A stretch of 64,000 bases of DNA from Amoebophrya sp. A120. Its lineage: Eukaryota > Protista > Dinoflagellata. Under the pieces are notes generated by a model that was not told the origin of the DNA, made no database searches, and saw only the letters and a list, made by a program, of their open reading frames with translations. The stretch lies in NCBI GenBank assembly GCA_905178155.1, contig CAJINV010000004.1, forward strand, positions 9,462,625 to 9,526,624, given 5' to 3'. Every line of letters starts with the position of its first letter. Position 1 is the first letter of the stretch. Positions 39,527-51,600 of the stretch are shown in pieces. The position numbers and the translations under genes were made by a program.

Positions 39527-40082
39527 AGGCCGCGGGTGTAAGAAAAAGAATCATAAACGAGATCAAAGCTTGTGATCGGAATTTGAAGAAAATACAAACG
39601 TCAAGCACTGTGCAAAAATGCGAACTTTCGTGCCTGAGAGGCGCCAAATAAAGAAACGAAATGTTCGTGGTCATTCTCTCGTCGCCAGTGCTGCTAGTCG
39701 CCTGCTGTTTTTGTCCATGATATCATCCGCTCTCTTCATTTTTCATCTGCAAGTCAGTTTTTTCTTCGTTCCCATGGTCTTGACCTTCATCCAGCCAAAA
39801 GGTCTAATATTCGGTACTATTGCGTCGTATCTGTGTGAATGCAAAGAAGGACAACCTCCTAGATCCATCCTTGTCGCTTCGCGACCTTCGTGATGTGCTG
39901 TTTTGTTCAGTTCCCATTGGTGTCGCGCGATCAAAATCAAACTATTACGACCTTTGTGGCTTTCGCCAAGCCAAAGGACCGCTAGCTGGTCTTGGATCGA
40001 GATTTTCTCCGATTTGCATATGAAGATCTTTGTCCACTAGATCAATCGGTCATTTAAGTCCTTCATCTTTTTTCTGCACAAA

Positions 40083-43000
40083 ATGACGCGCACGAACCAC
40101 ACCAAGCGAATCCGTGTGGTGTTGGTCCCAGACTATGGACCACGAAGAGCATTTTCACCACCGTCTATGTGCCGGATAATTGCAAATCACGACCCGGGGG
40201 TTCCTCAAGAATCTTTTCAGCTACATCTTCATCCGCTCAACCAGCATCGCAATTTCAGTGCCAGTTGTGCGACAGCATCTTTTGCGAGCGGATCTTCTTC
40301 CTCCTCCACTAGCAGCAGGTCCTCAAACTCGCTTTTCCCGTCTTTCCAGCAGTTCCCCCTTCGCCGCGAGGTGCAGACGGCGCTGCTGCGCATGAGCATC
40401 CGGGTGCCGACGAAAATTCAACTTGCGTGCATACCGAAATTAATGGCGGCACCGGCGAGAGAGGATAGTTCGGGGATCATATCAGGATTACTCGGACCAG
40501 GCGGGACTCCTTCTGCAGCAGGCGCAGCCGGCGAGGAAGAGTTCAACCTCTCCCAAGACCAAGGCAATACAGGACATCATAACTCGTCAAGATACCCCTC
40601 CCGATCCGACAAGCTGCGGAATCAGTTCGAGTCCGTCCTGGACACGGCGAAGGCGCACAGCCACGCGGGTAAATACGGAAAGTCCTCCCTGCTCCTCGTC
40701 GCCGGCACCGGGTGCGGGAAAACGCTCGCGTACCTAGCCCCACTGATGCACAACCTTTTAGAAAGCTTCGACCCGCACAGCCACCCAACGCCCACGAAGC
40801 CCCGCTGCGCGATCGTGGTCCCAACGCGCGAACTCGCTTTGCAAATCCTGAAAGTCGTCCGCTTTTTCCCCAACATTACCTCTATCGCCGCCTGTCCGGG
40901 GCAGTCGTACGTGCAGGAAGCGAGACAGCTGTGCAACGTCGGGGTCGACGTCTTGATCGGAACACCGCACAGGCTGTTGATCCACTTAGCGAAAAAAAAT
41001 CTGTCCTTTTTCCAACTAGAATCCTGCGTCTTGGACGAGGCGGACACGCTGTGCGACACTTTCTACGAAGCGGACATTTGCAAATTGTTGGCGAAAATGA
41101 ATAAATCCAATCCCCCGCAATTTGTCCTCTGTTCCGCGACGAGGATATAACAGTGCACAACTCCCCCTCCCCCTCATTTGTCATGCAAAATCCCAAATCC
41201 AACCGCTACCTTGTAGTGACACTGTTTGCATGACAGATTCTGGGAACCCAAACAGTACTACACTAGGCACATGAATTTGTCATGCAGAGGCCCCACGCGC
41301 GCTGGTGTTTGTGTTGCTCTTCATGCCATGCAATTCATTGAGGGGCGGGAGGGGGAGTTGTGCACTCTCATAGAGGACTGGCGCGGTTTCGAACTTTTTG
41401 CAAAAATCGCTCGCACTGCCCATGTATCAGATGCAAATATGTCTGGGTCTGGAAGAGTCTTGCTGCTTTTGCATGACACAGAAGGTCTGGCATGGAAGCT
41501 CTAGCATCACAGATTTCGAGAAGCTTCCGCAATGCCGAATCCGCATGACAAATGCCCCACTTTGCTGAGAGAAAGTGGGCAGCTTTTGCTGCCTCTGTAT
41601 GACAGATTTGTATGTGTTGTGAGATGCGCATCACAAGTTTGCTTTCTTCCAGACCCAGACATATTTGCAATGCATACCATGGACGTGACCGTCACCGACG
41701 ATAGTCACAAGGTGAACAGCAACATCGACCAACTGTTCGTGCCGACGCGGGGGCGGTTGCGGCGGAACGTGTTGACCGAGATTTTGGCCGAGTCGCCAAT
41801 GAACTTCGCCAAGGAGATATCCAAGAAAAAAACATTGTTAGTGTAAATTTGTGATGCGCAACATGCAAATCGATTGCGCCTGTCATGCTGTGCCTGCATT
41901 ATAGGGTCCATCCAAGGGCGTTTTCACGTACAATCTGAGCATGACAGATTTTTGCTGTCATGCGAGAGATATTTGTCATGCTAATCCTCCAAGAAAGTTA
42001 CACCTACATTCTTTTTTTGTTGGATAGGAGAAGACACTGGTTTTCACAAACACGGTGCGGAGTTGCAAGTCGCTGCAAAAACACTTGATCGCCCAGGGCA
42101 TCGCGTGCGACGCATTGCACGGGGAGATGGGGCCGCGGAAGAGGTCCAAGGTGATTCGGAGATTCGCGGGGGAGGAGGAAACGAGGGGGATTTCGGCCGG
42201 TGGAGGAGGTGCTTCGTTGCCTCCAACAGAAATTTCGGATCATGTTGGCGGAGCGACAAACAGCTCTTCGATCGAGTTTACCGGCGGCGCAAATTTCCAC
42301 GAGGATCCGATGGAGTACCTGAACAGCCTGCCCAGTTTGAAGGATAGAGAGAAGGAAAAGGAACAAGAACGCCAACAGTTTCTTGATGATGACGCGGACC
42401 GCACCTCCGGCGCATCATCTTTGTCGCCTGCTGGTCGAGGTCAGCAGAGCAACAGCATCGATAGTACAACTGGTAAAACAAACCACAATCTGCCCTCTGG
42501 AAAGTCCAGTCCAGCCGCCCAAGTAGAAGTACCTCCCTCCACCGGTTCCTCGCAAGCCCTCCGCAGCTCCATCCTTTCCCCCCGGTACGAAAGGCTAAAC
42601 GAGAAGAAGCAGACCCCGAATTTGCTTGTCGCGACCAATTTGGCCAGCCGGGGGCTGGATGTTTCCGACATCAACCACATCATCATGTACGACCTGCCCC
42701 AAACTCTCGCGGATTATCTCCACCGAATTGGGCGAACCGGCCGAGCGGGCGCGACCGGGAAAGTAACGACGATCATGCGAAGAGGCGATTTGCCGCTCGT
42801 GAAGCAAATCCAGGATTTGACCAAGGACCCGAAGAAACTTGATGTGAAGTACACATCGAATAGCATCCGGAAGGTGTTGCAACTCGAAAAGTGGAAGTTC
42901 ATGCTGACAAAGATGGGGAAGAAGGAAAGAAGTGACAAGCGGTTGATGAAGTACCTGGGGATCCCGCCCGCGAAACACCTCGGGTCGCCGGAGAACAAGA

Positions 43001-43614
43001 AAATCCGGTTTGAGTTGTTCAAACGGCTGAAACTGAAGCGGCACATGGTGTATCTGGAGAAAAAGGGAAGGCTGCCAAAGGGGTACGGCATCCCGCTGTT
43101 CCCGAACGTTCACGTGGAAAAGACGGAGTCGCAAACCGTCTCGGTGCTGAAAAAAGACGAAGAGACCGGGGTTTTGACGATCCTGCCGAAACGCCGGATG
43201 CAGCAGGTGGTGGAAAGTGAGCGGGAGAAGAAAACGGATGGGATCATCGGCGAGGTTACAAGCGACGGGAAGCTGGAGCCGTCGAAGTACAAAGACATGT
43301 TCCGGGCGAAGTCTAGGCGGAACAAGCACATTCAGTTACTCGGTGGGCAGAAGATGCACCCGCACGGAGTGCACCAGGTGGACATGAACAGATTGCCGGA
43401 CTTGGTTTTGCGGAAGGAAGAGAAAACTTTGGATGCGGTGAAGAATAATGGTAGGGGAATGGTTGTGAATAATGGTGGTCCTGATGTTGACCACTGGAGC
43501 TCAGCCTCAGAGATGGATGATTCAACTTTTTTGCCAGATGATGTGCCTCCTACTGGGTCGTCTGCATTCAAGGTAAAATCCGACCCAAAACGCAAAAGGC
43601 CACAGTTTATGTAG
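40083..43614 (+). CDS. DEAD-box RNA helicase; exons 40083-41145, 41378-41424, 41682-41817, 42032-43614 (~942 aa)
   Basis: Q motif PTKIQ, AGTGCGKT, PTRELALQI, GTPHRL, LDEAD, SAT, LVFTN (formed by splicing), ATNLASRGLD, HRIGRTGRAG. Confidence 0.93.
41146..41372. mobile_element. Family H introner (227 bp)
   Basis: TIR ..agtgcacaactccccctccc; perfect TSD gagga. Confidence 0.9.
41425..41676. mobile_element. Family A introner (252 bp)
   Basis: Perfect TSD ccatg. Confidence 0.92.
41818..42026. mobile_element. Family G introner (209 bp), inverted relative to 33453
   Basis: Perfect TSD ggaga. Confidence 0.92.
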
Positions 43615-44125
43615 TGAGGCAAGAATAGCAGTAGCTGATAGTAAATGCCTATGTCAATCTGAAGCAGTTTGGATTTATTTATTGAAGCAACATGTTCATA
43701 ACTGCCAACACAAGGTAGTTCACATGTGTTATTTTGTCGTGCTGACAAGAAGTCGTGTTCGTTTTTTTTGGCCGTACGACGCTTCCCGACACGAAGTCGT
43801 GTCTAAGGACTGTTACACGGACGAGAGACAGAGCATGAAGCCATTGCACTGGCCTAGTTATCAATCCAGTTTATTTATTTCCATCAGGAAGCATTGGAAG
43901 ACGAAGACCACGCGGTACTGCGTTCCTCTTCCGATACTAGCGATAAGATCTGCTGCACTGGAGATAACTCTACTATTCGAATACAACCAAAATCTGCACG
44001 TAGAGTTGTTCTTGGCACCGGGTGAAACCACAAACAATCGTGTCTCCGTGTAATTTCACCTACTTATCGCGTGTTAAGAGTGAGAGACCTTGGTCGTAGT
44101 TGTTCTGGCACCAGCTGCTAACAAG

Positions 44126-44821
44126 ATGTCCTTCTCGCTCGCCCCGCATCCCATCGGGATCAAGTATTGGACCAACATCTGGGCCGAAACGATATCCAGG
44201 AAAAAACTACACCCATCCCCATCCACTATTTGCATGACAAATAGTGATTTTTTTGCATGTTTTGCATGACAAATTGGATGGGGATAGGTGTTTTTTCCTG
44301 GATAAACGAAAGACAAACCCTTCACCGAGTGCCTATCCCGGTTGACAGTTTTTTTGGTTTTTCCTGACTCTTCCTAATCTGTAAAAGCAAATTCTAGCTG
44401 CATTTTATGCATGATGAATAAAGCAGGAACTGCACGACCTGCAGTGGCATAGCAAGGAATTTGACCACCTACTGGTGTTCCATGCATTTTCATTTTGCAA
44501 GAACCGACTCCATACGATTTGCAGGGTGAATCGATGAGTCTTGAAACTGTCAGGAACGAAGCAATCATAGATTTCAACCCGGGATAGCCACACGGCAAAT
44601 TCCAGAACTGGTACCAGAACAAATTTTACAAGTCCTTCGGCCGCTACTACTACCGCCACCGTGCCGGACGGATGGGCGCGTTTGCGCCGTTGGTGGTCGG
44701 CGGGTTGGCCTTCAAATTCGTCTCCGCGTACTACGGCATTCTCCGCGACAATTCCGCCGCCATCGACGCGGCCAAGGCCTACGGACAGGGCGGTTACAAG
44801 TGCAACCCAGTGCCGAAATGA
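44126..44821 (+). CDS. Small membrane protein, probable myzozoan-type mitochondrial ATP synthase subunit f (106 aa); exons 44126-44192, 44310-44333, 44592-44821
   Basis: Spliced product MSFSLAPHPIGIKYWTNIWAETKDKPFTECHGKFQNWYQNKF..AFAPLVVGGLAFKFVSAYYG..AAKAYGQGGYKCNPVPK. The C-terminal AYGQGG..NPVP matches my recollection of apicomplexan subunit f. Absent from the ORF track. Confidence 0.72.
44193..44304. mobile_element. Family I introner (112 bp)
   Basis: TIR tatccaggaaaaaa; perfect TSD aacga. Confidence 0.92.
44334..44586. mobile_element. Family J introner (253 bp)
   Basis: Short TIR tatcccggttga / tcaacccgggata; flanks gtgcc/gccac; frame needs element+5 nt removed. Confidence 0.78.
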
Positions 44822-46083
44822 AGATGTTGAGAGGCCGAGGGACGAGAGCTACCTGGGGATTGGGATAGAAGGAGCGTTACAGAGATGACAAAACATGTCT
44901 GTACTAGTTGCTACTCTCGCGAAAAGTTTCCGGAGCCGTTGTACATCAGGCTCTTTCACAATACGAACCTCAATCTTCGCAAGGAATAAAATCCAAATCC
45001 AGGCTGACGAAACGATTGATGATCTTGTGCTTCTCTAGGGGAAACGACACTTCTTTACTATTTTCAATCGACAAAGTAGACGTACAAAAAGAAAAAGAAA
45101 GCAACAGGAGCAGGAGCAGCAAGCCCCTGCGCTTTATAAAGCATTTCTTGAAGTAGACGCGCAGCTAAGTTCTGGCCGCGATGCTTCGCGTCGTCTTCGC
45201 GGTTCGCGTTTTCTTCTGTTTCTTGCTCTCGCCCGTCCTCGTTTTGCTAGTTCTTGTACAGGAGTGCATCTGCATGTGCACTGAAAGAACTATATACGGC
45301 TTCGTTCCATCTGAATCCTTTTTTCTTCTCGAGTTCCCGTGCAGCTACAACAGGGACTGACACTGACAGCGGCACGAAAATCAAGAACTGACATCGTCGA
45401 ACCTTTCTGTTTTTTCATTTTTCGGGACCACGAACTCTATCGTACCATACCTCTTACTTTGTTTTTTTGGAAGAGCGATGAGCGACGAATTGTGGAGGGT
45501 GTGTGCGCTTTTTTTACGAACGTTCAGAATTTTTTCAACTTGGGAAGTCTCTTCGTATAGTAGTGATGTCGAACAGTAGTTACTAAATCTCCAATAACCC
45601 CGTCAGTTGGGTAAATCATTCACTCACTCATATGTTAGAACTTTTGGCCTTGGCATCATGACAATTACTTGTCATGCGCGAGGTGAATTATATTGGTGTG
45701 GTCGACAGCTTCCTGGGTCCCGACGCGACGTCCTGGAGAAAGTAGAGGATCTTCATCTTCTACTATTAGGTCAGCAATAAGTATAAAGAGGAGCAGAACG
45801 AGAACCCTCTGGGTTGGATCCAGGATGATCCCATCTTCGGTTTCCTGGCCCGGTGTGTAGGACGAGCTGTCTTTACGTGGTGTAGGAGCAGGGGGGAAAG
45901 CGACGACCTTGTTTCTCTACGCGTGGTGGCGAAGAAGATTTATTGTACTAGGAGACAAACTTCAACCTACCTGCGCACAAGAACGGCACGGCTTTAATTT
46001 TGTTTTGTCATTTGTTTCTAACGACCACAAGCATGCATTTACTTTTACAAAAACAAAAAATAGCAAAAAATACGATTTGCTAG

Positions 46084-46770
46084 CTGGATTCTGTGGGATA
46101 GGGTGGGGTGTGTGATCAACGCGGTTTTCTTCACGTCCCTATGTTTCAGTATTCGGCTATCCTGTGCAAAAGCGTCCCCACCACCCCAGAGTCAAGTTGG
46201 CAATTCTGCAGGTACAGAAAGCACTAGCACCGTAAGTAGTTTCGGCTGTTGCGAGGCGGGGACGTTTTTACACAGGATATCAGTGGAACCCCCACAGCCT
46301 GCCGCTGGTGAATGATATCAAATGCAAATATGTCTGGGTCTGGAAGAATGCAGATTTTGTATGGTGATTGATGCCTCTAATGCATGATCGAGCAACACAG
46401 ATTTTGAGAGGGCTTCCTAATGCCTATTCCGCATGCGAAATGCCCTCTCTGCGTAACACAAACCGGCGTCCTGTTCTTGCTGGTCATGCAATACAGATTT
46501 TTTTGGAATCCAAAGACAGCATTAGAAGTTGCAATCTTCCAGACCCAGACACTTTTGCAATCCATAAATGAGTCGATGCACCCATCTTCGATAACCTGGG
46601 ACCAAGTTGCGGAATTTTGCGGCCCCGCGTGGGGCGTGGAAATTTCCTTCCTTCTCCCTTTGTTGTTTTGCTGCGGGTCTATTCTCGCAGCGGTGCTCTT
46701 TGCACTGTTTTACACATCCAAGTCCACCTCTAGGCGGAGCAGGGATGCAACAGAAGAGGTCGACCTGTAG
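46084..46770 (+). CDS. 3' exons of a small hydrophobic hypothetical protein (5' part unresolved)
   Basis: ORF 46103 joins through micro-exon 46285-46315 to the end of ORF 46420 after removing two introners; C-terminal transmembrane-like stretch. Confidence 0.5.
46158..46279. mobile_element. Short family D-related introner (122 bp)
   Basis: TIR tatcctgtg.aaaa.cgtcccc / gggacgtttttacacaggata; TSD tcggc/tcagt. Confidence 0.78.
46316..46566. mobile_element. Family A introner (251 bp)
   Basis: Perfect TSD aatga. Confidence 0.9.
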
Positions 46771-48694
46771 AGCGAGAGGGGGCTACTCTGTTGTGCTTTC
46801 GTGCTCCTGCGATCAACAAATTATATGCTTTGACTTTTTTTGCTGTAATCGTATCAATGTAGTTTTCCGAAAACTAACAAGCACACACAGGAATACGATA
46901 CTGATTCTCATTATCTAGCCCAAGTACTTCTTGTTATGTGGAGACCGAGACACACCTTCCAGGAGCTGCGTTACATTTCTCTCAAAAGCAAAACTAACTA
47001 CCAGACAAGCCTTGAATTAGTACAGCCGTTGCGCGATTATATTGGTGCACCAACATCCTAGGACAATTACGTTATTAACGCCTGCGACCGTGATTCGATA
47101 GAGACTACCGACAATGCTCAGGCGGAGCCACTGTTGGGGCCGTTTATGACCACTTGGAGTCTAACTAGAAAATCTCAATTTTTTTCCTCGCATCAACGTT
47201 GTAAATCAGAGATAAACTACAGCAGAAATCGAAATACAAATAAGGTCGTCCGCGCCATGATTTCACCAAGTTTTCGTTGCGAAAGTGCAAGTAATTGGCT
47301 GATAGCGATAGTACAGACGCTTACGGTATTGCATCATGAAACAGAAACAAGATCAAGATTCACGTCAAGAAAAATAGTAAGGATCGCATCCAGTACGGCT
47401 GCGCAGGGCCTTATGTTGAAACAAATTCCAACTGAGATAGTCATAGTTTATTCAATTTCTACAGCTGAGCTTAAAATATTATATATAATTTGAATTTTTC
47501 TCAAAAATCAACACGATGGGCTATTACCTCCCCCGTCGAGGAAATTTATCAGTATTTAAAATGAGCCGATCTATCGGCGATATCATGTCGGCGCAGACAA
47601 CATTGAGATAAAGTAAGTATAGTATAGTCAGTATGATTTCCAGTGAAAAGCAGCATGTTGGGACGAGTGGCGCTGTTACGAAGTTCAGCATGACGAAAGA
47701 GTACCAGAAGAAAATCGCTTATTTATTAAACAAGGTCAAGTAAGTATATCTATATGATGAGTAGTACTTCAACTTCTTGGTCATGCAGGAAAGCAGGTGC
47801 TTTCTTTTGAATATGAAACCCCCTGGAACTGGATGTGGTGCCTCTGCAAGTCCAAGTTTCAAGAAAAAGTCTAGTACGGCCGTTGTATGCTTCTTCCTCC
47901 TCGCTTTTTTTGTTCGCATGTTGAGGGTCGTAAAAAGTTTCGTAGCAGACCGCGGCAGAAAGGTCACACAGTTGTGAGGCTATCGTCGTGCGCGGTGATT
48001 TTATTGCGAGCGTGGTGTGCTGTGGTGGAACATGGAACTGGACGACGTAATGGATGGTGCAACTGATGCTCTACCGCAAACGGGTGCGCATGCCATCCCC
48101 AGAAGTGTGGAAGATGATCTCCAGAAGTGTGGGAGTAGAGGTTCCCTAAAGATGAAAAAATACTTGTTACTAGCTATGTTATTGTGTGATATTTGAGGGC
48201 GGTCGCGGTGGCGGTCTTGGAGATGAATTTCCCCCCTGTGCTGTCACGAGAAAGAACGCCACCTGAGAGATCTATTCCTTCTGCAGAAAGAAGGCAGGAA
48301 CAAGTATAACTAGTAGACTACTAGTTGGCAAAACAATTGAGAGTCCCGCATCTGGTCGTTGTGGTATAAACATAAAGCACTGACTATCAACACTTATTAC
48401 CATTATCGCAGCACTTCAGGCCAGGGAACAAGAAGCGTGCACAGTCTCGTCGTTTTGAGGAACAAGAAGATATCACCAGCAGCCCGGCAACCTCTCCGTT
48501 AGTCGGCATCTTCAGCCGAGTTTGTCTACTTAGTGTGTGCTCGTGTTATTTATTGCGACGCACGGGGGCAGGACGAAGAACCTCGTCATGACCATTTGGC
48601 ACCACGATGTTGCAACCTCAACGGACGGCGCAAGAACCGTAATCAGCACAGAAACAAAACTCGTGAGCTACTACCTTTCAGTTCGGGATTCGTG

Positions 48695-51600
48695 ATGGGA
48701 GGTGGTGGAGCTCCAGCTCCTGCGCCTTCATCTTCACCTTCCACGAATGAACAGGATGTACTAGTCGTGCCACGACCTGCGCCTGCACCTGGCGCAGAGT
48801 TCGCCGAGAAGCACGAACGCATGCAGGTCCTGGTGGTGGAGGAAACACACGCAAAGGAGCACACGAGAGCGCGCGCGACCGACGTGTGCGAGGAACAAGT
48901 AGAACATCAAGTATCACTATCATCTGCTGTCGCGAGCGACGTTGAGGTCTCGGTGGACGACGTTTTGCGCAAGCGACGCCAGGAGCAAGGGCGATGCTCT
49001 CCCTCCTCCGAGCGCTTCGGATTCCGCTCTGTGTTGAGACACAGCTTATGGGATTCTCCAATGCCGCATTGTGTCTGCTGTTTACTATACATAATTTTGT
49101 CATGCAAGGCTAGCATGCATGAGCACGTTTTGCATACAAATTGAAATTTGTAATGGATCTCCATACTGTTTTTAAGTGTGTCGAGAACTTGCCATCTTTG
49201 GAAGCAGCTTGATAGTGTTGGAAATTTGTTTGAAGAGCAAAAAAAATTTTGCATGACAAACTCATGTAACTATAGCTAGCAATTGCAATGTAATGTTTGA
49301 GACCTCCATACCGCTTTCACAAAACGTTTACCGTCGTCGCCAATTTCTCCAACTCCGTTGATATGCCTTGAAAATTAACCATATCATCCAATTTGTCATA
49401 CAAAACATGGATTGAAGTCGCCTTTCGTCATGCAAAAAGTGGATGGTTAATTTTGATTTTCAGTGCATAGCACAATGCACGTTTCTCCAGAATTGGGCTC
49501 CCACCGTGTTCTTCCCACTTGTCGCCGCTATGATTTGGACCATAATACGGGGGTTAGGGCCGAGAGTGCTCTTTTTCCTCAGTGGATCGTCTGCGGGGCG
49601 GACGTGCGCTCTCACGCCGGCGGCTTTTGATGGTGTCGTGCATTTGCAGACGCAAGGAGAAGTCGAGGCGAATTATGAAGCAGCTGGTGCCATGTTGGAG
49701 GCCATTGGTCCACCGCAGCTCCAGCTTCAAGCAGAAGTAGCGAAAAATATTACTGCAGCAACATCTTCTTCTGGCTCTCCTGGCACAACAGCTGCGTCCT
49801 TTTCGGTGTTTAGCGAGTGTCGCCAGTACAATTGGACGACCACGTCCACGATCACGAACAGCTCATCAACCCAGGTCGTTCAGTTCTTGTGTGGAGCCAG
49901 TTCTATTCCGTCTTTCGGTCAGATTCTTCTCCCGCCACCCCTGTTTTCCGCCTTCTGGGATATTGGAATTGTGTACGGCTTCCACTTGCATTTGCACATG
50001 TTGGGCGCCCGCATCACACACGCTCTTCCGCCCACGGGGGTGCCCGCCGTTTTGTTTTACGGGAGCTCCCTTGTCCTGTGCACGCTCGTCTCGGTCGCGC
50101 TTGGTTTCGCAGATTATGAACTCGTCCTTTCGGGGTGGACGCGGACTTCTGCGATGATCGGATCCGTCGTACTCTTCCTCTCGACCTTTGTTTACGCTGC
50201 GGTCATCGCGTTGCTCAACATCCACAAACGCGAAAGTGATCTGAAAACGACAAGCAAGAGAACGACCACTACACCAAAAGTAAAGATGGAGGCGCTGGTA
50301 CAAATACAATCTGCTATACCTGTATCACCAAGTAAAAATCAGGAAGAACAAGAAGAAGAAGCAAATGAGCAGCGGGTCGTAGGAAAAAATAAAGCGATAT
50401 TCATAGCGTCGACTACGGAACAAGCCGGAGCCCACTCCGACGAAAGAAACAACAGCTATCCGGTTCCGGAGGTTGTTGTCCCGCAAGGCGCGCACAAAAT
50501 AACAGGGTTTGCGAATGCCTTTATCGGCTCACACGGTACCGATAAAACACAAACTGGCAGTGGTGATACAATCGCGAATACAACGGACTCACACAGTTTC
50601 GAAAAGTTTGCGGGGACGAACAATCAAACGGTGAGAAGCGAAGAGGGCGACGCAGGAGTTGTAGTCGCGAGCAAGAATTGTTCTCATTTAGATGTAGAGA
50701 CATCGAAGAACGAGGACACAAAAACGCAAATAAGCGACAAAGAAATGAAGAGCAAGCCGAAACGACGCAACATGTTCGTGACGCCGGCGTTGCGGGGTCT
50801 TTCCGTGTTTGTCATGACTGGTGGACTGACGTTGTGCTTCGGTTCGGTCTTTTTCTTGACGAATTCCATCCTCGTCGAGTTTGTGCTGGATCCGCTTGCG
50901 GCAAATACGGCCATCGCCCTGCCAGTTCGATTGGCGATCGAGCTTGCCATCTCCCTCCTGGTGTTTCTCATCTGGGTCCCCTTGGCGGCGCACTACTGGG
51001 GGAAATCCGTCGCGATTGCGATCTTTGTACCGCTGCCCTACTGGATTTCCGCCGAGGTCTACGAGGAGAGTCAGCAGCCGGGTAGTCATTTTGCCGGCGA
51101 GGGTGATGATGCAAAGCGGGAACGCGAAAAGCAGCGCAAACGCCGCATGAGGGAAACCTTCGAACATATTCCTTGAAAATCAACCATACCCATCCAATTT
51201 GTCACGTAAAACATGAAGGAAGTTCTGTGTTTGTCATGCAGATGCAAAGAAAGAATGGGGATGGTCAATTTTCAGGGAATAGAACAGATTAAGATCGTCT
51301 ACTTCTTTTCGACAGACTTGATTCGCATCACGCTCGGACGGGGTATTTTGATGCGGTACAGTGGGTATTCGGTTTTGCTACTCCTTCTCACCGACTTCGT
51401 CTACCACATGTGGCACTTTGGATTTCGCCAGCGCGAGTCTCTGCTGCTTTTCAGTGTGGTCGCCGCAGCAAAAAATCGCAACGTCCGGCGAATGCAGTCG
51501 ACGCGTTTTCCCGTCTGGTTTCGTGTGATCGACCTGTGGACGCAGTTTCGCAACCGCGCCCCACTCTGGTTCACGATAGGCTGGCATGAGACCTGGGATT

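Noticed and set aside
44331-44589. 3-bp TSD (gcc) for the family J element
   Set aside because: Removing element+3 nt shifts the frame; only +5 gives the coherent protein.
45590-45700. Possible degenerate introner (catgacaa..ttgtcatgc; also motifs at ~47690-47790)
   Set aside because: No clear TAT/ATA TIR pair or TSD could be fixed.
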